Positions 1 to 9,093 of a stretch of 64,000 bases of DNA are shown piece by piece. A model generated the notes under the pieces. It was not told the DNA's origin and did no database searches. It saw only the letters and a list, made by a program, of their open reading frames with translations. The stretch comes from an uncultured bacterium (GTDB lineage: Bacteria > Bacteroidota > Rhodothermia > Rhodothermales > UBA10348), in assembly GCA_943788505.1 (NCBI GenBank), contig CALSQR010000002.1, forward strand, positions 253,323 to 317,322. Reading direction: 5' to 3'. Position numbers and translations under genes: made by a program. Position 1 is the stretch's first letter. Each line of letters begins with the position of its first letter.

Positions 1-2
1 CA

Positions 3-1016
3 GAAGACTTTTTCTCTCTCCCAAAGCAGGTAAAATCGCGCTTTTCCCGCCTTATCGGCTCGTCGTCCACCGACTCGGTCTCGCTTCTTCCTTCCGTCTC
101 GTACGGTATCGCAACAGCTGCTCGGAATCTTACTCCAAGACCCGGTCAAAATATCGTTGTGCTGCACGAACAGTTTCCAAGCAATATCTACACTTGGATG
201 AAGCTGGCCGAAGACTATGATCTCGAAATCCGCACCATTTTCCGTCCCAACACTACTGGAAGCGTTCAGCAGGCCTGGAATGAAGCGATTCTGAGCGCCA
301 TTGACGATGAAACGCTGGTTGCTGCGCTTCCGATTGTTCATTGGACCGACGGAACGCTCTTCGATATGGCTTCGATAGCTAAAAAAACCCGAGAGACGGG
401 AGCTGCATTGGTCCTTGACGGAACCCAGTCTATCGGTGCCCTGCCGTTCAATGTCGCTGACATACGCCCTGATGCGTTGATCGTGGCAGGATACAAATGG
501 CTGTTTGGACCCTACTCTTGTGGGTTTGCGTGGTGGGGAGATCGGTTTTTAGATGGCATGCCACTGGAAGAAAATTGGATCAATCGACGTGGGAGTGAAA
601 ATTTTGCAGGCCTCGTTGATTATGAAACCGCCTATCAACCCGGAGCAACCCGGTTCGATGTGGGAGAAAAAAGCAATTTCTTTTTGATGCCGATGCTGGG
701 AGCTGCACTTGATCAGGTACTTGAATGGACTCCCGAGGGAATTCAAGCCTGGAACGAGGCCCTCCTCTCACCATTCGAAGATGATATACGGGAAATGGGG
801 TTTGGGCTTCAGCCCAAAAATGAGCGAGGCGCCCACCTTTTCGGACTGCGTATGCCGGCCGGAGTTGAGGTAGCGGAAGTTCGCACATCTTTAGCGGATC
901 GGAATGTCTCTGTCTCCGTTCGAGGAACTGCCATCAGAGTCGCCCCGAACGTGTACAATAATGCTGACGACATGACTGCTTTCGTAGACGCCCTGCGCGC
1001 CGTCATACGTCGATAA
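3..1016 (+). CDS. PLP-dependent aminotransferase class V (cysteine desulfurase/lyase-like), 5' end truncated by the window edge
   Basis: The frame is open from position 3 (EDFFSLPKQVK...) into the listed 159..1016 ORF. Class V motifs FPSN, LVLDGTQSIGA and AGYKWLFGP (PLP lysine). Confidence 0.85.
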   Translation, partial: EDFFSLPKQVKSRFSRLIGSSSTDSVSLLPSVSYGIATAARNLTPRPGQNIVVLHEQFPSNIYTWMKLAEDYDLEIRTIFRPNTTGSVQQAWNEAILSAIDDETLVAALPIVHWTDGTLFDMASIAKKTRETGAALVLDGTQSIGALPFNVADIRPDALIVAGYKWLFGPYSCGFAWWGDRFLDGMPLEENWINRRGSENFAGLVDYETAYQPGATRFDVGEKSNFFLMPMLGAALDQVLEWTPEGIQAWNEALLSPFEDDIREMGFGLQPKNERGAHLFGLRMPAGVEVAEVRTSLADRNVSVSVRGTAIRVAPNVYNNADDMTAFVDALRAVIRR

Positions 1017-1176
1017 AAGACGAAATCGGCGATTAGTATCGTCACTTTGGACGGCATGGTGTTTGGATGTAGGCAGTCAGACCCCCCTCGCACAAGTTTT
1101 CGAATCAACGACTCAACAAGTCAGTGGGCCTTTAGACCAGGGCTCTTTCCTGTCAGCAATGTTTGAATCAATCTAC

Positions 1177-1836
1177 ATGTCAACCCAACGCCTTCGTTCT
1201 GCATCCCTCTATTTTTGCGCTTTGACATTCTTTCTCTTGTCAGTGCCAGCCCAGGCGCGCCAGGTAGATGGAGAACAACTTGCTGCACAACTTGCGGAGC
1301 GCTACGAATCCATCGACGCAATGCAGACTCGATTCGTCCAGACTGCAACGTCAAGCTTCATGGATTCGGACGAGCGGTATTCAGGAATGCTCGTTTTTAC
1401 CAACTTGGCGTATCGGATCACTACGTCAAATCAAACCATCGTTACAGACGGGGTCACTACGTGGGTGTATAATTCGTCGGAGCGGCAAGTCCTGGTAAAT
1501 GACTATGTAGAAGATGAGTCGGCCTTTTCGTTAACGTCTTTCCTTACCAGTTTTTCCGAGTCGTATCGCTCAACGCTGGTAGGCTCGGAGTCGTTGAATG
1601 GCGTTGCCCACCAACGGCTTGATCTTGCTCCAGTCGATGATTTTGCCTCTTTTCGCAGCGTATCCCTTTGGATTAGATCATCTGACATGCTTGTAACACG
1701 ACTCGTTGTTCTAGACTTGAACGATGTCACGATGACGTTTGAATTATCGGATCTCGTTGTAAACCCGAGATTACCTGACGACCTCTTTAGCTTTGAAGTA
1801 CCGGAAGGTATCGAAGTGATTGACCTGCGAAATTGA
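1177..1836 (+). CDS. lolA: Outer-membrane lipoprotein carrier protein LolA family
   Basis: Signal peptide ending PAQA, then QTRFVQT, IVTDGVTTWVY and a C-terminal PDDLFSFEVPEGIEVIDLR typical of LolA. ATG 1177 preferred over 1063. Confidence 0.85.
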   Translation: MSTQRLRSASLYFCALTFFLLSVPAQARQVDGEQLAAQLAERYESIDAMQTRFVQTATSSFMDSDERYSGMLVFTNLAYRITTSNQTIVTDGVTTWVYNSSERQVLVNDYVEDESAFSLTSFLTSFSESYRSTLVGSESLNGVAHQRLDLAPVDDFASFRSVSLWIRSSDMLVTRLVVLDLNDVTMTFELSDLVVNPRLPDDLFSFEVPEGIEVIDLRN

Positions 1837-1841
1837 CGCCC

Positions 1842-2879
1842 ATGAACCGAACTTCAACGCGTTGGACCCTACGAATCGGTAGTTTCTTAATCGCTGCATT
1901 ACTCATGTGGCTGGCTTTGCGTGGAGTAGACTTTGATGCTATGGCATCCACATTCCGGGAAGCGAATTACTGGTGGCTTCTCCCGATGGCAGCTGTCACC
2001 TTTTTGAGTCACTGGTTTCGTGCTGCGCGCTGGGCATATTTGCTCGATGTCAGTCCACGCTCAGATGGGCTCTCCCCGACCCGACCCGTGTCCCGCTCCA
2101 ATACCTTTGTTTCCGTAATCGTAGGGTATATGGCCAATTATGCTGGACCACGACTTGGCGAGTTGATCAAAACTGGTAATGTTGCTAGGTGCGAACGCAT
2201 GCATTTTACGACCGTATTTGGGACGGTTGTGGTAGAGCGAATCTTGGACATGGTCACTTTTGCCCTTCTTCTCCTGACGGTGCCCATAATCTTTTCCGAT
2301 TCGATCCTTGAATTGACACAGCTCCTCATGCAGCCTGTCATGAGCTCGCTTGAGAGCACGCCTACCTGGTTAGTGCTTCTGGGGCTTGGCTTGATTACAC
2401 TCGGAACGGCGTGGTTTTTGCGTTTTTTAGTCAGAGGCCTAGCGCATCCAGAGTCACGAATAGGGCGCATGGCAGATGATTTTCGACAGGGTTTCCTTAG
2501 CCTAGCCCGAACAGGACGAGCTGGAAGAATCGTTTTGCAAACCCTCGCAATGTGGATCTGCTACGGGTTTATGGCTTGGCTTCCGTTTGTCTTGCTGGGA
2601 CAGAATGATCTGTTTGGCATTGGGCCTTTTGCAGCTTGGGGAATTATGCTAATTGGTGCTGTGGGAGTGATTATTCCTTCTCCTGGTGGTATTGGTACCT
2701 ATCATTTCATCACGATTCAAAGCTTGTCCCTGCTATTTGCCATGCCACAAGAGGCTGCTGCAAGCTATGCCTTGCTGACGCATACCGGTCAGATGTTACT
2801 CTACATCGTGAGTGGCTTCCTGGGAATGCTGTTTTTGGGGGCTACCCTCGATGTTGGAAAAGAAGAAAACCAGTCCTAA
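1842..2879 (+). CDS. Lysylphosphatidylglycerol synthase TM-region / flippase-like membrane protein (UPF0104)
   Basis: Multi-TM protein with RAARW, GYMANYAGPRLGELIK, GTVVVERILD and IPSPGGIGTYH motifs. Confidence 0.85.
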   Translation: MNRTSTRWTLRIGSFLIAALLMWLALRGVDFDAMASTFREANYWWLLPMAAVTFLSHWFRAARWAYLLDVSPRSDGLSPTRPVSRSNTFVSVIVGYMANYAGPRLGELIKTGNVARCERMHFTTVFGTVVVERILDMVTFALLLLTVPIIFSDSILELTQLLMQPVMSSLESTPTWLVLLGLGLITLGTAWFLRFLVRGLAHPESRIGRMADDFRQGFLSLARTGRAGRIVLQTLAMWICYGFMAWLPFVLLGQNDLFGIGPFAAWGIMLIGAVGVIIPSPGGIGTYHFITIQSLSLLFAMPQEAAASYALLTHTGQMLLYIVSGFLGMLFLGATLDVGKEENQS

Positions 2880-2914
2880 CCGGACAGTGTAGAGACCACA
2901 AAAGCTTTGTGATC

Positions 2915-5314
2915 ATGATGACCTACAACGTGCCTGCAAAACTATTCGGACTGTTGTTTCTATGTCTGATATCAGTATCGGACATACAAGCGCAGCAGGT
3001 TCTACCACCTGGTATTCATCCTGATCTACTAAACGCCCCTATTCGCTCTAGTAGCATTGGAAGCACATCAATCTCGCTAATCCGCACCGTGCTGGATCTG
3101 GACCCTGCTCGAAGAGCTGCCTCTGGGGTTTCTTCTGTTTATACCGCGGCCAGTTCCGATTCTCTCCTCGTGCTCAGGGTAGATGATCTCGTGATTGAAT
3201 CGGTTGCAATCGTTGATGACTCAACGTTCAGTCCCCGATGGGACAATGAGGCAGGTATCCTTACCATAATCTTGCCCGAACAATCAGGTCAAGAATGGCG
3301 TGCCGACATCAGATTCACAGTTCGGAGCGCCCTTCATGCTGCTTCTGTCGAATCCCGACCGGCTGCCATCTGGTCTTCATCCCTGCCAGGAAGAGCCGGT
3401 TGGTTGCCGGTGCCAGCAGATGAGTTATCTGCCCTGGACTTGCACCATATAGTCTCAGTGCCAGAAGAGTGGGATATCGTCCTCTCGGGTACACCAAATG
3501 CTTCTTCCTACTTCGTGCTGAATGGGCGGCGTATTGCTCGTTCAGTCTCAGAGGGTTCGTTTCCAAGGGCGTCCGGATTTCTGGCATGGGAGCGAAATGA
3601 AGACAATCCATTTCAGCCAAGAGCAGATTCTTCAGCTGATCACATACTAGTATCCTCGTATCTCGAGCAGGAGCTAGGCGTTTCAGTACCGCAATCAGTG
3701 CTTGTTTTGAGGACGGATGGAGAATCAGTTCCGGTTGCCTTTGAGCGGTTTGCTGTCCTTGGTATCGGCGGCCTTCCTGATGATCCGTGGATGCGCCGAT
3801 ACGAACAGCTTTTTAGGGAGGTCCAACTGCGTATTACGCCCTTATTGGGTCGGCTTATACCCTCTGATTCTTGGATTGAGTCTGCGCTCAGCTCATGGAT
3901 TGCTGTTGACCTTATCCGTCATAAGGATGGCGAGGCCGCAGCTGGAAAGGTGCTGGAAACGCTTCGGCAACGCTACCTGCGCGAGGCTACTGCCTATGTT
4001 CGACCGCTCGTCTGGGACCGATGGAACGTAGCTTCTGACCTGCGGGATCGACATGCTGAAGCCAAAGGTGCCTGGGTCTTACGCATGCTCCATGAGCGAC
4101 TGGGATCGGAAGCCTTTTTCGACGGCTTCCAACAATTTTTGATGATCGCAGAAGACGAAGTTGTTGATTCAGAAACACTGCGTGAAAGCTTAGAAACTGC
4201 TTCCAGAGAAGACCTGGGTCAGTTTTTCGATGTTTGGATTTACAGTGCTGGTCACCCGGTAGTGTCCCTCTCGTACAACTTCGATCAGACTACTGAGCAG
4301 ACGTCGATGCGCCTAACGCAGCATCAGGAAGGGTCGCTAGTGCCTTCGTCATTCGTTTTTGATGCCGCCTTTCAATACTCCACACTTGGCGAAACGAATA
4401 GCATCACACTTCGCATTGCTGACAGGGAACGCATAACAAGTATTGCTACTGGCATTGCTCCTCGGTTCATCCATCCCGATGCGTTTGCAACCATCCCACT
4501 CGATTTCAGCGAGCCACCTTCGCAAAATGATCTTGTCTCCCAGCTGAGATATTCGCTAGATGACGGATCCACTATTCGTTCTCTGCACCTTCTGGAGCAG
4601 GCCACTCCTGACCCATCCTTATTGTTGGGCTTGCGGTCCGCGCTTGGACCTGATGCACCACCTGCCGTGTTGGCGGAGGCCAGCGCACTTCTGGCGAAAA
4701 TGGCTCCTTCATCCTCTGCGCTCAATCAACTTCTCACCTGGACGTCGAATCCAGGTATCAGGGTCAGGTCAGCCGCGATGCTCGGTTTGGCATCCTTCCC
4801 TGACGCACCCAAAGCGTATGATGCTGCGCTCCTCATGGCCAATGAAGGGCAGTCAGCTGGCGAGCTCTCTGCCGCCGTCTTCGCCATCGTGACCCTGCGG
4901 CCTTCCAGTGCATGGACCGTTCTGCGCTCTGCACTTGTAACTCCCTCCGAGGGCGAACAGGTTCGTATTACGGCTCTTGGATTAATCGGAGCGGATACTG
5001 CCCCAAAAAAGGAACTGCTTGATGCAACGCGACCGTTCCTAACTAGTGGATCTGATCTCTCCATTGCAGCTCTTAACGCCATCATCAGGATAGATCCTGA
5101 TGATCGTCTTGTAAGCCGGACCCTCTCAGATTGGGTCCTAAGCGATAATGCACTTCATCGCGATGCAGCTATTTCTATTCTTGATCAATCCCAGGAAATC
5201 CAGGTTGATTACGATACGCTTAGACAGGCCGTCGATTCAGAGCCTGATGCATCCCTTCGCCGACGCATTGAGCGATTGCTGACAGATCAGTCTGACGATT
5301 CAGAAGGTCGTTGA
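2915..5314 (+). CDS. M1 aminopeptidase-fold protein with C-terminal HEAT-like repeats, apparently lacking catalytic residues
   Basis: Signal peptide. KGAWVLRMLHERLGSEAFF and FFDVWIYSAGHP match M1 family segments, but there is no HEXXH. Helical Ala/Leu-rich C-terminus. ATG 2915 preferred because 2636 lies inside the upstream gene. Confidence 0.75.
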   Translation: MMTYNVPAKLFGLLFLCLISVSDIQAQQVLPPGIHPDLLNAPIRSSSIGSTSISLIRTVLDLDPARRAASGVSSVYTAASSDSLLVLRVDDLVIESVAIVDDSTFSPRWDNEAGILTIILPEQSGQEWRADIRFTVRSALHAASVESRPAAIWSSSLPGRAGWLPVPADELSALDLHHIVSVPEEWDIVLSGTPNASSYFVLNGRRIARSVSEGSFPRASGFLAWERNEDNPFQPRADSSADHILVSSYLEQELGVSVPQSVLVLRTDGESVPVAFERFAVLGIGGLPDDPWMRRYEQLFREVQLRITPLLGRLIPSDSWIESALSSWIAVDLIRHKDGEAAAGKVLETLRQRYLREATAYVRPLVWDRWNVASDLRDRHAEAKGAWVLRMLHERLGSEAFFDGFQQFLMIAEDEVVDSETLRESLETASREDLGQFFDVWIYSAGHPVVSLSYNFDQTTEQTSMRLTQHQEGSLVPSSFVFDAAFQYSTLGETNSITLRIADRERITSIATGIAPRFIHPDAFATIPLDFSEPPSQNDLVSQLRYSLDDGSTIRSLHLLEQATPDPSLLLGLRSALGPDAPPAVLAEASALLAKMAPSSSALNQLLTWTSNPGIRVRSAAMLGLASFPDAPKAYDAALLMANEGQSAGELSAAVFAIVTLRPSSAWTVLRSALVTPSEGEQVRITALGLIGADTAPKKELLDATRPFLTSGSDLSIAALNAIIRIDPDDRLVSRTLSDWVLSDNALHRDAAISILDQSQEIQVDYDTLRQAVDSEPDASLRRRIERLLTDQSDDSEGR

Positions 5315-5515
5315 AACCGGTCAAATCCGGTCCAAACAACTCAAATCGACAATGAAACGACTGACGGACCGGCAAATACGGTTCAGGTCAATTCACTTTG
5401 CATGCAGCTCGCATGGTCCTACTCTTACGATGCGTCAGGCTCATTCACCTGGCGTGTCGGAGACGCCCACCCTCTACGAAGCACTACAGATACCAAGAAT
5501 CTGACAAGCAAGATC

Positions 5516-5776
5516 ATGCAGGTAACGACCGAATCCGGACGAGACAATCCGTTGGAAGGGCTAATCAGCGACGACCTCTACGATGTACTTGACGACCACA
5601 ATCTTCTGAGTGAGAAAGGGGTTCGCGATTACAAAATCAGGAAGGCGTTTAAAGTCATGCGAGGCCAAGAAGTCCCAGCCTACGATGCTATAGAATTGCT
5701 GCGGGGAGAATTCCCCTACTTGCAGTTTGACACGATTCGCAAGATCGTATACAAACTTAACGGACCGAGACGATGA
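5516..5776 (+). CDS. Small conserved hypothetical protein (86 aa), possibly DNA-binding
   Basis: ATG 5516. Compact helical sequence ending PYLQFDTIRKIVYKL, which resembles a recognition helix. No family confidently assigned. Confidence 0.65.
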   Translation: MQVTTESGRDNPLEGLISDDLYDVLDDHNLLSEKGVRDYKIRKAFKVMRGQEVPAYDAIELLRGEFPYLQFDTIRKIVYKLNGPRR

Positions 5777-5795
5777 AACTGAGACGATGAAACTG
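5767..5795. repeat. 14-bp tandem duplication GAGACGATGAAACT x2 spanning the stop codon of the small gene
   Basis: Read directly: gagacgatgaaact gagacgatgaaact g. Confidence 0.9.
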
Positions 5796-5970
5796 GGCTC
5801 GGGTGGCCGGCTGTCTACAGGACGCGTACCAGACGCGTTCTAGCCGTTTGTCACCCGGTCCAACAGAATTTCAGGTGATAACAGCCCCAATAGGGAGCTG
5901 CTACGCTTGAAAGGTGGGCGCCCCGACTGATCGTAGTGCATTGTCGCTTCGGTTAGTCGGGGTCGTTTGT
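5795..5970. other. Structured intergenic segment (three consecutive hairpins); terminator(s) and/or candidate ncRNA
   Basis: Hairpin A 5795-5861 (cgggtggc/gtcacccg, cggct/agccg, aggacgcgt/acgcgttct). Hairpin B 5882-5900. Hairpin C 5919-5965 (ccccgactgatcg/cggttagtcgggg) followed by tttgtt. Confidence 0.5.
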
Positions 5971-6007
5971 TCATGGAAATCCTACTGATAACCCTCCTGA
6001 TCTATCC

Positions 6008-7081
6008 TCATGCAGAAGGTGTCAAACGTGCTATTCGAGCCTGGAAAAGGAGTATTCCAGCAGCTACAGATGCATTCAAGGATTCCACTTCGTCCACTAT
6101 GGGAATTGAGACCAGGTAGTCGCAGGCCTCCCTCATGGATCTGGTCATCCCTTTCTCTTCACCGCCAATCACGATAGCAAGTGGTCTGTCCCAATCCATG
6201 GCGTCCATTCGAGTATCGCCACTTCCTTCCGCCCCAGCAACCCAATACCCTCTCTCTTTCAATTGCTGGATTACCTGTCCTAAGTTGACAACTCTCGCAA
6301 TCATAACACGCGAAATAGTCCCAGCAGACGTCTTAATAGATGCTGCTGTCACCGGTGCAGCGTTCCGGTCTGGTATAACGATACCTTTGACCCCAACAGC
6401 TGCACAGCTTCGAATGATGGCCCCAAGGTTGTGAGGATCTTGGATATGGTCTAGAACAACGACGATCGGCTTTTCCTCGCGTACTATATCTATATCAGCA
6501 GCGATCATATTTAGCATATCATCGACATCTAGATAATCCACAGGAGAAATACTTAGAACCACACCTTGGTGATTTACGCCAGGTACAAGGCCATTCAATT
6601 TCTGAGCCGGGACGAATTGCACCGGAACGCCCATTTCTTTTGCCTGGTGCTGAAAAGAGAGCAATGGACCTGATGCACCGTTCTGAAGAAGCATCCTCTC
6701 TACTCGTGATACATCTCCTTCGAGAGCCTCTCTCACTGGATTTCGTCCTGCAATGAATCGCGGCCTTTCGATGCTGTTGCCAGAGTCACCACTGACGGTC
6801 ACAGATGAGCTTCGGGTCGAGCCGCTTCGTGAGTCGCTTCGTGAGTCGCTTCGTGAGCTTTTTGGTGAGCTAGTTGGTGAGCTGCGCTCGACCTTTCCAC
6901 GGGCGCGAGAATCCGGACTTCTTTTCGCTCCCTCTTCGGCACGCTTGAACGTGTCTTTTCCTCGTTTTGGAGCGCGTTTAGATCCGCCTGCACGATTTCC
7001 TTTCGAGGATCCTTCATACGCAGCTTCCGGACGAGGACTCGAAGAACCCTTTGATGGTCGTTTTGGCTTTCGTTGCGGCAC
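6008..7081 (-). CDS. rlmB: 23S rRNA (G2251-2'-O)-methyltransferase RlmB, TrmH family, with long basic low-complexity N-terminus
   Basis: GRNPVREAL, NHQGVV, LDHIQDPHNLGAIIRS, IGGEEKG and ESLNASVAAGILL SPOUT motifs. Confidence 0.92.
   Translation of the reverse strand: MPQRKPKRPSKGSSSPRPEAAYEGSSKGNRAGGSKRAPKRGKDTFKRAEEGAKRSPDSRARGKVERSSPTSSPKSSRSDSRSDSRSGSTRSSSVTVSGDSGNSIERPRFIAGRNPVREALEGDVSRVERMLLQNGASGPLLSFQHQAKEMGVPVQFVPAQKLNGLVPGVNHQGVVLSISPVDYLDVDDMLNMIAADIDIVREEKPIVVVLDHIQDPHNLGAIIRSCAAVGVKGIVIPDRNAAPVTAASIKTSAGTISRVMIARVVNLGQVIQQLKERGYWVAGAEGSGDTRMDAMDWDRPLAIVIGGEEKGMTRSMREACDYLVSIPIVDEVESLNASVAAGILLFQARIARLTPSA
6823..6883. repeat. In-frame 12-bp tandem repeats in the rlmB 5' extension
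   Basis: cgcttcgtgagt x3 (6823-6857) followed by two degenerate ttggtgagct units. Encodes SPTSSPKSSRSDSRSDSRSGS. Confidence 0.85.
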
Positions 7082-7202
7082 GATGTGTTGTCCTGTGACT
7101 TTTCTGGTATCGTAATGGGGCGGGTTGTTGTATCCTCAGGAGACATAAGCCCGGGCCGTCAAGGTACGGACCCGACAGCACGTCGCCCACAAAGACAATG
7201 AC

Positions 7203-8078
7203 ATGACGACACGATTTTCAATGACTGGCCCGCTGGAGCACGTCTTGGTCGCCCACGCGAAAGACTGTTTTCGCTCTCAGGAATACCTCACCTCGAATTG
7301 GCGTTCATATGGATTCCTGTTTGAGCCATCATTTGATGACGCTTGCCGAGAATCAGACCAATTTATTGGCATACTTGCGGATTCGGGCGCTCGAATAGAG
7401 ATGCTACCGGAGGAACTCTGTATCGGATTAGACTCGATCTACGTGCGCGATCCACTGATTGCATGCGGTCCCGGATTTTTGTCTGGCTCCATGGGCAAAG
7501 AACTGCGCCGTGGCGAGCCAGCTTCCCTAGCAAGCTGTCTTTCGAGCTTCGGAATGCAGGCGACCTCGATCACTGATCCATCCGCTCTCATTGAAGGAGG
7601 GGATATTGTTTGGCTTCGACCTGATGTGGTTGCTGTCGGCGAAGGCTTCCGGACGAATCGCAGTGGCATTGACGCACTGACGGCGTTCTGTGGAGATTCT
7701 GTATCAGACGTTATTGCCGTTCCCGCGCCCTATTGGAACGGCGCCGATGACGTACTGCACCTGATGTCCATGGTATCTCCGTTGAGTACAACCCACCTTT
7801 TGGTACACAGCAGACTCATGCCGGTACCGTTCAGGCAAGAACTACTGAATCTTGGTTTCACTTTGCTAGAGGTTCCTCAAGAGGAATACGACATACTCGG
7901 CTGTAATGTCCTAGCGCTTGACGAGTCAACATGCCTCGTGGAAATGCAGAATATTAAGACCATCCGGATGCTTAGCGAAAATGGATGGCGCGTCCTCACC
8001 TACGATGGGCGCAACATATCTCAAGCTGGTCAAGGAGGTCCAACCTGTCTCACGCGTCCGTTAAAACGTTCCAGATAA
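7203..8078 (+). CDS. Amidinotransferase / dimethylarginine dimethylaminohydrolase / arginine deiminase superfamily protein
   Basis: SIYVRDP, IEGGD, RTN, LHL and C-terminal GGPTCLTRP (catalytic Cys) motifs. Confidence 0.88.
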   Translation: MTTRFSMTGPLEHVLVAHAKDCFRSQEYLTSNWRSYGFLFEPSFDDACRESDQFIGILADSGARIEMLPEELCIGLDSIYVRDPLIACGPGFLSGSMGKELRRGEPASLASCLSSFGMQATSITDPSALIEGGDIVWLRPDVVAVGEGFRTNRSGIDALTAFCGDSVSDVIAVPAPYWNGADDVLHLMSMVSPLSTTHLLVHSRLMPVPFRQELLNLGFTLLEVPQEEYDILGCNVLALDESTCLVEMQNIKTIRMLSENGWRVLTYDGRNISQAGQGGPTCLTRPLKRSR

Positions 8079-8082
8079 CCTA

Positions 8083-9021
8083 TCAGGCGGTTTCGGTATC
8101 AGGCGCAGTCTTTGGCTTTGACGCAACTATTCTCTTAGGCCATGTCCGAATAACTCCAATGACCCCAACGAGCAATAGAAGAAGAGCGATGAACTCCGCC
8201 TGCGTGATGCTCTGACCAAATAGATCCATCTTGTTGTTCACTCGGATCCCTTCGATGAAGTATCGTTCAGCGCCGTTAAAAACGACATACACCCAAAACA
8301 GCCACCCTGTTCGATGTGCATGGTGCCTAAAGGACCACAAAACAGCGAAGATTAGAAGGGCCGCTACGAATTCGTAGAGAGGCGTCGGATAAACCGGGGT
8401 CATGGACAAGTCAATACCCAAGATGTTATTTGGGTACGTTTCAGCCCAGAACCACATCGGGAGCCAATCAGGCTTTGCCGCAATCTCGGATGGAATACCC
8501 CAGTCTCCGTCTCCTGACAGATGACACCCAATTCGTCCGATTCCATAGGCCAGGATCAGACCAGGCGCCATTGCATCCGCGACCGATCCAAGATCGAGCT
8601 TCTTTTTCTTCAAATAGAAAACGGTCGCAAAACCACCTAGAATCATCCCACCGTAAAAGGTGAATCCACCTGTGGTGAAGATCATGCGAGCCGGAGCACG
8701 AAAAAACTGATCTAGGTTTTCCAGAATGTGAAACAGACGTGCCCCTAGAAAACCTACTCCGATCACGATGATGGTTATCGTCCCCACGATATAGGAGGGG
8801 CTAACCGAAACCATTCTAGCCCGTCCCTTTTTCTTGCCTTCTGGATCAGGGATGCGAACGCTGCCAACTTGACCGATCGAGTACATCCGATCGAGCTCTT
8901 TTTGAAGTACCCAAGCCCCAATCATGGCGCCAATGGCAACCATGAACCCGAAGGAGTTGATTGGAAAGGGCAGGGAGAAACCCAGATAGTCGCTGAAAAA
9001 GTCGCTCAGCCGTGGATACAT
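8083..9021 (-). CDS. lgt: Prolipoprotein diacylglyceryl transferase
   Basis: GGFTFYGG, GIGRIGCHLSGDG, PTPLYE and ERYFIEGIR motifs in a multi-TM protein. Confidence 0.92.
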   Translation of the reverse strand: MYPRLSDFFSDYLGFSLPFPINSFGFMVAIGAMIGAWVLQKELDRMYSIGQVGSVRIPDPEGKKKGRARMVSVSPSYIVGTITIIVIGVGFLGARLFHILENLDQFFRAPARMIFTTGGFTFYGGMILGGFATVFYLKKKKLDLGSVADAMAPGLILAYGIGRIGCHLSGDGDWGIPSEIAAKPDWLPMWFWAETYPNNILGIDLSMTPVYPTPLYEFVAALLIFAVLWSFRHHAHRTGWLFWVYVVFNGAERYFIEGIRVNNKMDLFGQSITQAEFIALLLLLVGVIGVIRTWPKRIVASKPKTAPDTETA

Positions 9022-9093
9022 GGGTATGCAGCTCGGATGCTGGGAAGGGAAAACGATTCGAGACTACCCCCGGGGCAGGGATCCGTTCCGATT

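Noticed and set aside
6799-7146. Plus-strand ORF with AHEATHEATHEAA repeats
   Set aside because: It is an antisense shadow of rlmB. The peptide repeat is just the 12-bp repeat read in another frame.
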